Numbered from the stretch's first letter, positions 37,584 through 47,187 are shown. The stretch is DNA of 64,000 nt from Deltaproteobacteria bacterium (GCA_016875335.1 VGRO01000004.1:32158-96157); one strand, 5' to 3'. A program made the numbers and translations. The notes: a model not told the origin generated them from the sequence alone.

Positions 37584-39209
37584 GTGCAAAAGGGGTGCGG
37601 CGCGCAGTTCAGCCGGAGGCGTTCGGCAACGCGTGGGGCCTGCGCGGCGCTTGCGCTGGCGGCGTGGGCCTGTCCGGACCAGACGGCGGCCGATCCGATC
37701 GACGCATCGGAGGCAACGACCCCGACCGCGGACGACCCAGCGGACTTTGGAGGCGATGCGCCGACCGAGGCGCCACCGGCGGGCCCGACGCTTTTTTGGG
37801 GCGCGTGGGTGGGAGCGATCGGCGTCGACTTGGGCGCCGAGGATCCGGCTGAGGATGTGCTGACACTGCGCAACCGCCTGGAGTTGGACGTCCAGCATCC
37901 GCTGCCCGGCGGGCTGCAGACCCGGGTCAGCGCCAGGCTGCTGCACCGCGCCCAAGTCGGCCATGAGGGCGGCGTGCACAGACCGGCTTTTCGCGCAAGT
38001 CTGCCCGATCTGGGCATGCGCTACGACCTCGACAGCCAACTGCGCCACGCCCATGTGCAGTGGTCCGCCCCGTGGGGCCGGCTGACCGTCGGGCGCGACA
38101 CCGCCCAGTGGGGTGCGCTGGAGCTGCAGAGCGCGCTGCGCTTCTTGCAGCCGATGGATTTCAGCAACGGGCTGGTCGGCAGCCTCGCCAACCCGGACGA
38201 GTCCCCGCTCTTGCCCACGCTGATGGCGCGCCTGGAGCGTCCGGTCGGACCCGGCCAGCTCGACCTGGTGTTCCTGCCCTTCTTCGACCAGCACCGCTAT
38301 TCGCCGTTTGCCACCGACGCTGCGTTCGTGCGGCCTGGTCAGGGTCCAGAGCTTTCCGGGTCGATAGGGGCCGTGCTGCGGCGCCTCGACCTGCGGCTGG
38401 ACCGCCAGCTCTCGCAAGCCCTGATGATCGCACTGCAACCGCCGAGCGACACCCCGCTCGACGGCTCGCCGGCCGCGCGCTGGCGGGTGCCGATCGGTCG
38501 GTTCGACGTGGCCCTGGTCGCGGCCTGGACTTGGGATCGCCTGCCTGAGCTGCAATTGGACGCGGACCTGCTGCTGCTGCTGGCGCGCACCGCCGACGCC
38601 GGCTTCGACACAGCCCGGCTGGCGGCGATGTTCGCCGATCCGCAGGTGGCCGCCGCGGCCGACCGCGCCAAGGGCAAGTCGGTGCGCGATCTGGCCAAGG
38701 CGACCTGGCGCCGCCGTGGCATCGTCGGTCTGGAGGCCCAGGGTGAGGTGGCCGAGGGCTGGGTGGCGCGCGGCGAGCTGGCGTGGAGCCACCAGCGGGT
38801 CTTCATGGACACTGGGTTTCGGCCGCTGTTGTCGCCACTGGCCCAGGCCGGCGCCGGGCTGGAGCGCAGCTGGGGGGACCGCGTCGTCGCCCTGGTCGAG
38901 GTCGCAGGCCAGTGGGCCTACCGCGTGCCGGCGGACACGGAGCTGATGTTGGCGGCGGCGGTGCAATGGCAGGTGGGCGGCGGGGTCATCGTGCGGTGGG
39001 GTGAGGCCGACGCCTGGACCGGACAACTGGGCGGCACCTATGGCCTGACATTGCGCGACTGGGCCGTCGCGCCGCGGCTGAGCTGGCAAGCGGGTGATCG
39101 TTGGACTGCGGCGTTGGCCGCCGTGATCGCAGACGGACCGCCCAATTCCATCGGCGGCTGGTTCGGGGCGGACGATCAGGTGATCGTGGAACTGCGGCGC
39201 ACGTTCTAG
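37584..39209 (+). CDS. hypothetical lipoprotein, possibly an outer-membrane beta-barrel (C-terminal ...VELRRTF)
   Basis: Downstream part of listed ORF 35670..39209. Putative GTG start with ...RGACAALALAAWAC lipobox. Sequence is rich in W/Y/F and ends in Phe. The upstream part of that ORF is an antisense shadow. Confidence 0.45.
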   Translation: MQKGCGAQFSRRRSATRGACAALALAAWACPDQTAADPIDASEATTPTADDPADFGGDAPTEAPPAGPTLFWGAWVGAIGVDLGAEDPAEDVLTLRNRLELDVQHPLPGGLQTRVSARLLHRAQVGHEGGVHRPAFRASLPDLGMRYDLDSQLRHAHVQWSAPWGRLTVGRDTAQWGALELQSALRFLQPMDFSNGLVGSLANPDESPLLPTLMARLERPVGPGQLDLVFLPFFDQHRYSPFATDAAFVRPGQGPELSGSIGAVLRRLDLRLDRQLSQALMIALQPPSDTPLDGSPAARWRVPIGRFDVALVAAWTWDRLPELQLDADLLLLLARTADAGFDTARLAAMFADPQVAAAADRAKGKSVRDLAKATWRRRGIVGLEAQGEVAEGWVARGELAWSHQRVFMDTGFRPLLSPLAQAGAGLERSWGDRVVALVEVAGQWAYRVPADTELMLAAAVQWQVGGGVIVRWGEADAWTGQLGGTYGLTLRDWAVAPRLSWQAGDRWTAALAAVIADGPPNSIGGWFGADDQVIVELRRTF

Positions 39210-39401
39210 TTTCTTGCGGCCAGCCTCCGGCTGCTGCCGGCTGCCGCCGTCCAAAAAGTCAAACGCGCCCCCGGTCCAGGCCGCCGCCGCCTTTCTTTCG
39301 GAGGCGACGACGGTCGGATCGGTTGCGCGTTGATCGGCTGCGCCGCGAGTCCGGCCCTGCGGGGAGGCAGAGCCAGCCGTGGCCGTCGCGAGGTCGTGGG
39401 G

Positions 39402-39686
39402 CTACTTGATGTGCTCGACGCCCTGCTTCTCGACGGTGGCCTTCCACACCTTCTCTGGCAGCCACTTGGGGCGGTTCGCCGGAGCGGTGACTTCCTTGCG
39501 GCCGCCCTTGAACACGTGCACGCGCTTGGTGCCGCGCTCGCGCAGGCGGATTTCGGTGTAGCCGCGGGCGGCAGCCTTGAGCGCGGCGCCGCGCGGTTGC
39601 GCGTTGGAGAACACGATGTTGGTGTCCTTGCCGTTCTCCATCAGCACGAAGTTCTTCTTGTCCTTGGCGGGCTTGTCGTCGGCCAT
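39402..39686 (-). CDS. non-histone chromosomal protein MC1 family (archaeal-type) DNA-binding protein
   Basis: 95 aa from ATG 39686, with GGAGG 6 nt upstream. MADDKPAKDKKNFVLMENGKDTNIVFSNAQPRGAALKAAARGYTEIRLRERGTKRVHVFKGGRKEVTAPANRPKWLPEKVWKATVEKQGVEHIK aligns with Methanosarcina MC1 (KRNFALRD..G..HGVF.G.QPRQAALKAA.RG...IRLRERGTKKVHVF.G.R.EV..P.N.P.W.P). Confidence 0.7.
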   Translation of the reverse strand: MADDKPAKDKKNFVLMENGKDTNIVFSNAQPRGAALKAAARGYTEIRLRERGTKRVHVFKGGRKEVTAPANRPKWLPEKVWKATVEKQGVEHIK

Positions 39687-40314
39687 GTTGCCTCCAGTTG
39701 CTTTGGGACTGCATTGCGCGCAGTCAGTTGTGCGACGGCCGCGCGGGCGGCCTTCGGTCCAGATCACCTTGCCTGGGCGCACCGACGCCGGGGGAAAGGG
39801 CGCCCGTCGGGGGGCGACCCTGTCTTGGCGACAGTACGGCGACCCGCCGATCGCGCCTGGACGGACCGACTCCCGTCAGCCGGCCGCAGCGCTGGATCGC
39901 GGTCGCGGCGCGCATTGCGCCCTTGGCGCGCTGTATCGGCCGATTCGCGCAAGATTGCAAGGGGGCACGCGGCGCGGGGCGCAGATTCGCTCAAAAAAGC
40001 CGAGACCGGGTCTGGACGAGCGCAGTAGACGATAAGCGGCGCAACCTGCGATTCCATCGATATTACACGTATTTTAGAGTATCGTCTCCGGTGCGAGCGA
40101 CGCGAACAGGGCCGCTGTGGGGTTGTGATCACGATCCGTGCCACGTGATCACGGCCCGCGGCTCCGGCCTGCGCGGCATGGTCGAATCGCCAGCCGCCGT
40201 GCTACGGTCGCCCCATTGCGGCGCACCGCGCCCAGGGGATCGATCCTGCCCGTGTCCGCCGCCCGGCCCAGCGCGACGTGTTCCCCGAACCGGCTGCGGC
40301 GGTGGCTGGCCCGG

Positions 40315-42825
40315 GTGAGGTCGTGGCTGTCGCTCATCCTTGTGGCTGCGGTGGTCGGTTCGCTCGCGCCGCAGCGCACGGCCGAGGCCCGCCCGGGCCG
40401 GGTCAACCGCGCCAAGGACGAGGCCGCTTCACCGAGGCGCGGGAGCAAGGCTGCGCCGGCCGCGCGCGCCCGCTCGGCCGCCAAGCCCAAACCGAACCGC
40501 ACGGCCAAGGGCGCCGTCCACCGACGAGGCGAGCGCGGCCGCGACAAGCCGGGCAAGCTGCGCAAGGTGCGGCCGGCGCCTCCCGGCAAGCGAACCACGG
40601 CCAAGCCGGTGCCCGACCTGGAGCCGTCTGCAGCCGACGACCCTCACCCCGACCCCGCCGGCCTGCCAGTCGCGGCGACCTGGAGCGAGCTGCACCGGGT
40701 GGTCCAGTTGTGGCGCGTGGGCAAAACCGGGCGACTCGCCGAGGAGTTGCAGCACCTGCAGCGCGCCAAAGACAAGGACCTGGCGGCCGCCGCATCCCAC
40801 GTGTTGGCGCGGGTACTGGCGCGCCACGGCCAGGGTACGGCGGCGGCCAAGGCGCTGGCCCGGTCCCGGATCGTCGCCGACAGCCTTCCCGCCGCGCACC
40901 GCTGGGCGGGCATTGAGGTGGCACAGGCGCAGGGCAAGTCCAAGGTGGCCCTGGACAAGCTGCGGTCGTTCCGCGCCGATTTCGGCAGTTTTCGCTGGGC
41001 AGCCGCCGACCTGCTGTATTCGCGCCTGCACGAAAAGGTCGGCCCTGCCGAGGCGGCGGCGCAGACAGCGCTGGCCCTTTACGACAAGAGCGCCGAGCAC
41101 CTGCCGCGCGACGAGCTTTTGGCGCGCGCGGCGCGGGTGCTGCAGGCCGTCGACCGCGCACGCAGCGACCAACTGTGGAAAAAACTGATTCTGACGCACC
41201 CCGAATCGCAGTTCGTGGACGAGGCGGCCGAGCGCGTGGCGCTGGCCTCGCTCAGCGACGCCGAACAGTTTGACCGCATGGTGACGCTGTTTTCGCGGCG
41301 GGCCTACGAGCGCTGCCGGTCTGTGGGCGTGCAATTGTGGGTCAAAGGCTACCGACGCAACGAAGTCGGCTATTTTTTGGGCAAGATCGGCAGCGAACGG
41401 CTCAGGGACGACTACCCTGGGGCAGCGATGTACCTGGCCGAGGCGGCCACCCCCGACGCGCCGCTCTACCAGAACGCGCTGCCGTCGTACGCGCTGGTGC
41501 TCGGCAAGATCGGCAAGACCGACGAGGCAATCGCCCGCTACGATCAATGGCTTGCGCGCTTTGCCGGGGCCAAGAACGACCGCCGCATCGACCTGCACTA
41601 CGACCGCGCGCGCACCTTGCACATGGCCGGCCGCAGCCTACAAGCAGCCCGCGATTTGGGCGCGGCCCTGGACCAGGACGACAAGGACATCGACGTCGGC
41701 AAGTACCGGTGGTTCGTCGGCTTCTGGACCCTGCTGGGCGGCCGACCTGCCGAGGCAATTGACCTGCTCAAACCGCTGATGCCCAACACAAATCCGCTGG
41801 TGGGCGCCAAGGCGCGCTATTGGGTGGCCAAGGCACAAGACCGGCTTGGCGATCGCAAGGCCGCGACCGAAACGCTGCTGCAACTGGTCGACAAGTACCC
41901 GCTGACCTACTACAGCGGCCTGGCCGAGAACCTCTTGGAGGACTGGGGCCTCGGCGACAAGCTGCCGCCGCGGGAGGATTTTTCGAAGGTCCCGGTAGCC
42001 GTGACCGACCCCTTCGCAGGCATGCGGATGAACGACAACCTGCGGTCGCTGCGCATCGCCTGCGCGCTGGGCGAGCCAGACGTGGCACGGACGGCCTGGG
42101 ACACGCTGCAGGCGGGCTTGCGCATGGAGCTGGGAGCCGAGCGCCTGCGCAAGCTGCGGCTGGACCTCTCGGATGCGCTTGAGCTGTTCGCCGACGCCCG
42201 CAGCGACGCCCTGCGCAACCACCGCGACGTGCTGCAGCGGATGCCGACCCGCGACACCCTGGCGGCGTGGCGAGGCATCTATCCGCGGGCCTTTGCCACC
42301 CACGTCGTCGCCGCCGCCGAACGCTGGGGCGCGCCCGAATGGATGGTCTACGCCCACATGTTGCAGGAGTCAGCGTACCGACCGGAGCTCATCTCTGGAG
42401 CGCCGGCCTATGGCCTGCTGGAGCTGCTCGACCGCACCGCGCAGCGCCTGGCCAGCGAGGCCCGCGAGGACTACCAGTTGTGGATGCTGATGTGGCCCGC
42501 CCACAACGTGCGGTGGGGCACCCAGTACCTGGCGGCGCTGTACAAGAAGTTTCACCGCCAGTTGCCGTTTGCGATCGCGTCGTACAACGGCGGCCCGATG
42601 TTGCTGCAGTACCACATGCGGCAGCAGCACAAGCTCAGTCGCGGCTTCGACGAAATGATCGACGACCTCGGCCCGCACGAGTCGCGCAACTACGTGCGGA
42701 TGGTCATCGGTCACTTCTTGCGCTATCTGGCGATCTACGAGAAGCCCGACCGCGCCAAGGCGTACCGCAATCAGTTGCTGCCGCGGGCGTGGCAGGACGC
42801 CTACCTGGCCGACCCGGACTATTGA
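40315..42825 (+). CDS. soluble lytic murein transglycosylase (Slt family) with long N-terminal superhelical domain
   Basis: C-terminal SLT domain (VYAHMLQESAYRPELISGAPAYGLLELL; ASYNGGPMLL). Putative GTG start 40315 gives signal MRSWLSLILVAAVVGSLAPQRTAEA; the listed ATG 40138 gives an R-rich leader. Confidence 0.75.
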   Translation: MRSWLSLILVAAVVGSLAPQRTAEARPGRVNRAKDEAASPRRGSKAAPAARARSAAKPKPNRTAKGAVHRRGERGRDKPGKLRKVRPAPPGKRTTAKPVPDLEPSAADDPHPDPAGLPVAATWSELHRVVQLWRVGKTGRLAEELQHLQRAKDKDLAAAASHVLARVLARHGQGTAAAKALARSRIVADSLPAAHRWAGIEVAQAQGKSKVALDKLRSFRADFGSFRWAAADLLYSRLHEKVGPAEAAAQTALALYDKSAEHLPRDELLARAARVLQAVDRARSDQLWKKLILTHPESQFVDEAAERVALASLSDAEQFDRMVTLFSRRAYERCRSVGVQLWVKGYRRNEVGYFLGKIGSERLRDDYPGAAMYLAEAATPDAPLYQNALPSYALVLGKIGKTDEAIARYDQWLARFAGAKNDRRIDLHYDRARTLHMAGRSLQAARDLGAALDQDDKDIDVGKYRWFVGFWTLLGGRPAEAIDLLKPLMPNTNPLVGAKARYWVAKAQDRLGDRKAATETLLQLVDKYPLTYYSGLAENLLEDWGLGDKLPPREDFSKVPVAVTDPFAGMRMNDNLRSLRIACALGEPDVARTAWDTLQAGLRMELGAERLRKLRLDLSDALELFADARSDALRNHRDVLQRMPTRDTLAAWRGIYPRAFATHVVAAAERWGAPEWMVYAHMLQESAYRPELISGAPAYGLLELLDRTAQRLASEAREDYQLWMLMWPAHNVRWGTQYLAALYKKFHRQLPFAIASYNGGPMLLQYHMRQQHKLSRGFDEMIDDLGPHESRNYVRMVIGHFLRYLAIYEKPDRAKAYRNQLLPRAWQDAYLADPDY

Positions 42826-42835
42826 CGTTGGCCGG

Positions 42836-44131
42836 CTACCAGCGCAGGTCTGCGCCGACCGCCAGCCGCACCTCGAACTCGCTGTACAGGGGCGACGTCC
42901 CGGCCGGCACCGCGGGCCGCACCCGCCACTTGCGGCCGACGGCGAACTGCGCGTACCACGGCCCCTGCACCCACAGCCGTGCCGCCAGATTGCCGGTCCA
43001 GTCCACAGGATCGCCGGGGCCGTTGTCGAAAAACACCTTGGCGACCATGGCGTTGATTTGCAGTTTCTGGTTCGGGTCGGTGCCGAACCAGGCTGTGGCG
43101 TCCAGCCGGCGGTCGTGCAGCCAATCGACCACGCCGGCAAAGCGAAACTTGTGGGCCCGCGCCCACTCGACCGACGCGCGCACCCCGGCGGTGGCCTTGT
43201 CGGTGGCTTGGGCGTTGCCAGCGATGGGTCCGCGCAAGCTGCGGGTCTGCAGTTCGTACAGGGTGCCGAACCAGCCGGGCAAGTAGGGGCTACCAAACGG
43301 GGCCACCACGCGGCCTTCCAGGTTGATCACGGCCGCAAATTCGCCACGGCGGTGCCAGCTCAGGCCCAGGTGCACGGCCAAGGCGTCGGCCGCGTGGCCG
43401 GAAAGCGACAGGTAGGTGGTCAGTGCCCGTCGATCGTCGCCCCAGGCGAGCAGCGACAGGTCCATCGCCAACGCCGGGGCGTCGGGGCGCCATGGGCCGT
43501 CGTCGCGTGCGGTGGGCGCCTCCAGGCCGTCGCTGCCCGTCAGCTCGCGGTCCCAGGCGGCCTGCAACCCGAAGCGCAGCTTGCGCCAAAAGCCCTCGCC
43601 GACCGGCCGGCCCCAGGCGCGCAACGCCAACAGATCCCAGCGCAGGACGTCGTTGGTCAAGAGCGAAAACCCGAAATCGGGCTTCTGCACGTCGACCAGC
43701 GCGCCCGCGTGCCAGGTGTCGTATTGCCAGTTGTTGTAGTAGCGGTAGACCAACTCGCCGTGGCCGAGCGAGACGCCGGTCAGGTCGCCCAGGTGGACGC
43801 TGACGTCGCCCGACCAGCCGCCATAGTCGAAAAAGCGCAGGATGCGGCCAAAGTCGCTGACCTCGTCCCAGTCCTGGCAGCGCAGACCGGGGGTCTTGCA
43901 GCCGTCGGCCGGCTCGCCGTCGAGCACCCGGTAGCGCACGGGGGCGCCCAGGCCCAACTGCCACGCGCCGGACTGCAACCACAGCTGCGGGCTGACATCG
44001 ACGAAACCGTCGGTGCCGAGAAAGCCCGTGCCGATTTCGGTGCCGGCCCCGACGCGGGTGTCGCTGGCCCAGGCCGGCGGGCCGCAGAACAGGGTCGCTA
44101 CAGCCAACAGGGCGGTACCGGACAGTTTCAT
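42836..44131 (-). CDS. hypothetical outer-membrane beta-barrel protein
   Basis: Signal peptide MKLSGTALLAVATLFCGPPAWASD from ATG 44131. Aromatic-rich beta-strand-like pattern and C-terminal ...LAVGADLRW. Its start overlaps the xerC/D stop (ATGA). Confidence 0.5.
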   Translation of the reverse strand: MKLSGTALLAVATLFCGPPAWASDTRVGAGTEIGTGFLGTDGFVDVSPQLWLQSGAWQLGLGAPVRYRVLDGEPADGCKTPGLRCQDWDEVSDFGRILRFFDYGGWSGDVSVHLGDLTGVSLGHGELVYRYYNNWQYDTWHAGALVDVQKPDFGFSLLTNDVLRWDLLALRAWGRPVGEGFWRKLRFGLQAAWDRELTGSDGLEAPTARDDGPWRPDAPALAMDLSLLAWGDDRRALTTYLSLSGHAADALAVHLGLSWHRRGEFAAVINLEGRVVAPFGSPYLPGWFGTLYELQTRSLRGPIAGNAQATDKATAGVRASVEWARAHKFRFAGVVDWLHDRRLDATAWFGTDPNQKLQINAMVAKVFFDNGPGDPVDWTGNLAARLWVQGPWYAQFAVGRKWRVRPAVPAGTSPLYSEFEVRLAVGADLRW

Positions 44132-45144
44132 ATTTTGGCTTGCGGCGGCCGGTGGGCGTGCGGGTGGGCGCGGTCGTACACGCGCATCAGGTGCGCGGTG
44201 CTGGCGTGGGTGTAGCGCTGGGTGGTCGACAACCGGGCGTGGCCCAGCAGTTCCTGCACCTCGCGCACATCGCTGCCGGCGTCGATCAGGTGGGTGGCAA
44301 ACGAGTGGCGCAGGGCGTGCGGGTTGATGGTCTTGTGCAGGCCCGCCATCAGGCAGCGCTTGTCGAGCATGCGCGCGACCGAGCGCGTCGACAGCCGCGA
44401 CCCGCGCCAGTTCAGGAAAAGCGCCCGCTCCGCATCGGGCCGCTGCGCCAGGGTCAGCGACCCCGACAACACGCCGCGCTGCAACAGCTCGCGCCGCGCC
44501 GGCAGCCATGCCTGCAGCGCCGTTTGCGCCTTGGTGCCGTAGGGCACGATGCGGGTCTTCTTGCCCTTGCCGCGCACCCGCAGCAGCCGCTCGTCGTCGC
44601 GGGCGTGCACGACGTCCAAGCCCACCAGCTCCGACACCCGCAGGCCCGCGCCGTACATCAGCTCCAAGATGGCGACGTCGCGCAGTTGCAACAGCGGATC
44701 GCCGTCGTCGCCATCGAGCGGCCGCGACAAGAGCGCAATCACCTCGTCGATGCTGAGCATCCGGGGCAGGGACTTGCGCTGGCGCGGGCCGCGCAGCCCG
44801 TCGAGCGGGTTGCTGGCGGTCCAGCCCAACTGCGTCAAGAACCGATAGAACGTGCGCAGAGCGCTCAGCCGCCGCGCCACCGACGCCGGCGCCAGGGCGT
44901 CGTGCAGCGCCTCGGCGTAGTCATGCAGGTCGTCGCGGCTGGCCGCCTCGGGAGCGACCTGGCGCTGGCGCAGGAACTCGGCGAAGTGTTGCAGGTCGAT
45001 GCGGTAGGCGCGCACCGAATGCGCCGACAGGTGCCGCTCGACCACCAGGGCGTCCAGGAATGCGGCGACAACGTCGCGATCGGTGGCTTTGCGCGCAGCG
45101 GGCTCGGGTGCGCGGTGGCCAAAGGGTGGGGTCGAACCGTCCAT
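44128..45144 (-). CDS. site-specific tyrosine recombinase XerC/XerD
   Basis: Start MDGSTPPFGH at 45144. Catalytic residues in ...LRHSFATHLIDAGSDVREVQELLGHARLSTTQRYTH... (R...HxxR...Y). Confidence 0.85.
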   Translation of the reverse strand: MDGSTPPFGHRAPEPAARKATDRDVVAAFLDALVVERHLSAHSVRAYRIDLQHFAEFLRQRQVAPEAASRDDLHDYAEALHDALAPASVARRLSALRTFYRFLTQLGWTASNPLDGLRGPRQRKSLPRMLSIDEVIALLSRPLDGDDGDPLLQLRDVAILELMYGAGLRVSELVGLDVVHARDDERLLRVRGKGKKTRIVPYGTKAQTALQAWLPARRELLQRGVLSGSLTLAQRPDAERALFLNWRGSRLSTRSVARMLDKRCLMAGLHKTINPHALRHSFATHLIDAGSDVREVQELLGHARLSTTQRYTHASTAHLMRVYDRAHPHAHRPPQAKI

Positions 45145-45214
45145 GGGGCGATTGTGCCGCGCGGGCGACGGGTGTCGATTTTTTTCCTGGGCGTCGCCCG
45201 GGCTCGCGCCCCTA

Positions 45215-45392
45215 GGAGCCTGTCGGACTATCGTCCGACAGGCTCCGTGGTGGTTGCGATCGGGGCAGCGACCAAGAACTGCCTGAAGTAAATTCAGGCA
45301 GTTTCGGTCGCTGGCAGGCCGCAGCCGCGGCCTGCCTAGGAGCCTGTCGGCCAGAAACTGCCGATTCTGGCATTTCGCCGACAGGCTCCTAG
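45215..45392. repeat. cluster of four perfect hairpins/palindromes in the xerC-yaeQ divergent intergenic region
   Basis: GGAGCCTGTCGGAC-TATC-GTCCGACAGGCTCC (45215-45246). AACTGCCTGAA-GTAAA-TTCAGGCAGTT (45276-45302). GGCAGGCCGC-AGCC-GCGGCCTGCC (45312-45335). CTAGGAGCCTGTCGGC...25 nt...GCCGACAGGCTCCTAG (45336-45392). Confidence 0.7.
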
Positions 45393-45434
45393 TGTACACT
45401 GCCGCCGCCCGCCGCCGCGGGGCCAGTCTGGGCC

Positions 45435-45983
45435 GTGTCCACGCCGTTTCGCTGCCAAATCCGCCTCGTCCTTTCGGACCTCGACCGCAACGTGTTCGCA
45501 CAGCGCACGGTGGCGATGGCGCAGTTTCCCGACGAGCCCGATCAGCACGTGCTGTTGCGGTTCCTGGCGTGGGTGTGGTTCTACGACGAGGCGCTGCAGG
45601 ACGGCCAGGGTTTCCTCGACCAGACCCAGGCCGACCTGTGGGCCCAGGATCTGACCGGTGCACTGACGCTGTGGATCGAGTGCGGGCCGCCGCCGCTCAA
45701 GCGCCTGTGCAAGGCGCTGGGCCGATCGCGGACCGCCCGGTTCATTGCGCTGTGCGGCACCGAAAGCGAGGCCCGGGACCTGCGCAAGGCCTTGCGCGCC
45801 GAACGGCCGCGGCACCTCGATCGCGTCGAACTGTATTTCGTCGACAGCGAATTCCTGGATTGGTTGGAGAGCCACGGCCGCCGCAACATGGACTGGACCG
45901 CCACCTTGAGCGACGGCACGCTGTACCTGGACTGCGACGGCCACACCCACCAGTGCCTTTTGCACGCGGTCGCGGTTGCATGA
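45435..45983 (+). CDS. yaeQ: YaeQ family protein
   Basis: N-terminus ...RCQIRLVLSDLDRNVF...HVLLRFLAWVWFYDE... matches the YaeQ pattern (ATIYKAxLxLSDxDRxxY...RLLAWAxxxDE); 182 aa. Confidence 0.8.
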   Translation: MSTPFRCQIRLVLSDLDRNVFAQRTVAMAQFPDEPDQHVLLRFLAWVWFYDEALQDGQGFLDQTQADLWAQDLTGALTLWIECGPPPLKRLCKALGRSRTARFIALCGTESEARDLRKALRAERPRHLDRVELYFVDSEFLDWLESHGRRNMDWTATLSDGTLYLDCDGHTHQCLLHAVAVA

Positions 45984-46002
45984 ACCTCGCAACGGAACCC
46001 GT

Positions 46003-47187
46003 ATGAACGAGATCGTGTTCTTCCTCGAACGCCGCGAGGCCACCTACCTGGCGCGCCTGCGGGCGCTGGTCGACATCAACAGCGGCCTGGACAATCCGGC
46101 GGGCCGCGACCGCGTGCTCGACCACCTGGAAATCGGCTACAAGACCCTGGGGTTTTCCTGCGAGCGCGTGCAGCGCCCGGGCGACATGACCCACCTGGTG
46201 GCGCGCCGCCCGTCGACCAAGCCGGGGGCGACCAAGGTGTTGATCCTCGGCCACTTCGACACCGTGTACGATTCGACCAGTCCGTTTCAGACCTTCACCG
46301 AACAGGGCCCGTGGCTGGCCGGCCCCGGTGTCGGCGACATGAAAGGCGGACTGGTGGTGACGCAGGCGGCGTTGGACGCGCTGTACCATGTCGGCCACCT
46401 CGGCGATTTCGACTGGGTGTGCTGCCACAACGCCGACGAGGAGATCCAGTCGCCGACGTCGCGCGACCTCATCGAGCAGTGCGCCGCCGACCGCGACCTG
46501 TGCCTGGACTTCGAGATCGGCCGCAAGACCGGCGCTGTGGTGCGATCGCGATCGGGCGTCGGTCGGTTCTTCGTAACCGTGCACGGCAGGAGCGCGCACG
46601 CCGGCATGGACCACAGCGTCGGCGTCAACGCCATTGTCGGCCTGTCCAGGATCATCGTGGAGCTGGCGGAACTGACCGACCCGGCGCGCGGTACCACCGT
46701 CAACGTCGGCGTCGTCAAGGGCGGCACCAAGCGCAACGTCGTTCCCGACGAAGCCAAGGCTGAAGTGGACGTGCGCGTCCAGTCGATCGAAGAGGGCGAG
46801 CGGGTCGAGCGCCGGATCCGCGAACTGTGCGGCGGCGAGCCGGTGCCGGGGGCTCGCGTGGAGCTGCTGGGCGGCATCGGCCGGCCGCCGTGGCAACGCA
46901 ACCCGCTGTGCGACAGGTTGATTGCCCACTTCCAGCGCGTCGCCGACGAGCATGGCCTCGCGCTCGGCGCCGAAGACACCGGCGGCGGGTCGGATGCCAA
47001 CTTCACGGCGGCGCTCGGCATCCCGACCATCGACGGCCTGGGGCCGGTCGGCGAGAAACCGCACACCTTCGACGAGCGCATCCAGCGCCATTCGGTGGTC
47101 GAGCGCGCCAAGCTGGTAGCGCTGGCACTGCTGGCCTACAAGCCCGACCGCGACGGCACGCCGGTGGATCCCGGCGAGGTCAACTGA
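46003..47187 (+). CDS. M20-family metallopeptidase (carboxypeptidase G2/ArgE/DapE-like)
   Basis: Metal-binding motifs: ILGHFDTVY; GPGVGDMKGG; HNADEEIQS; HGRSAHAGMDHSVGVNAI. Confidence 0.8.
   Translation: MNEIVFFLERREATYLARLRALVDINSGLDNPAGRDRVLDHLEIGYKTLGFSCERVQRPGDMTHLVARRPSTKPGATKVLILGHFDTVYDSTSPFQTFTEQGPWLAGPGVGDMKGGLVVTQAALDALYHVGHLGDFDWVCCHNADEEIQSPTSRDLIEQCAADRDLCLDFEIGRKTGAVVRSRSGVGRFFVTVHGRSAHAGMDHSVGVNAIVGLSRIIVELAELTDPARGTTVNVGVVKGGTKRNVVPDEAKAEVDVRVQSIEEGERVERRIRELCGGEPVPGARVELLGGIGRPPWQRNPLCDRLIAHFQRVADEHGLALGAEDTGGGSDANFTAALGIPTIDGLGPVGEKPHTFDERIQRHSVVERAKLVALALLAYKPDRDGTPVDPGEVN

Noticed and set aside
36708-39254. 848-aa minus ORF and 1,179-aa plus ORF 35670..39209, taken as single genes
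   Set aside because: Only the 3' parts are real. The genuine AdoMetDC-like gene starts at the internal ATG 37516. The plus-strand OMP-like gene starts near 37584. The remaining portions are antisense or run-on low-complexity sequence.
45145-45434. Cobalamin riboswitch upstream of the B12-rSAM operon
   Set aside because: The B12-box consensus is absent; GGAGCCTGTCGG does not fit (A/G)AGYCMGGAGACCKGCC. The hairpins are perfect palindromes, which are more typical of operators or REP elements.
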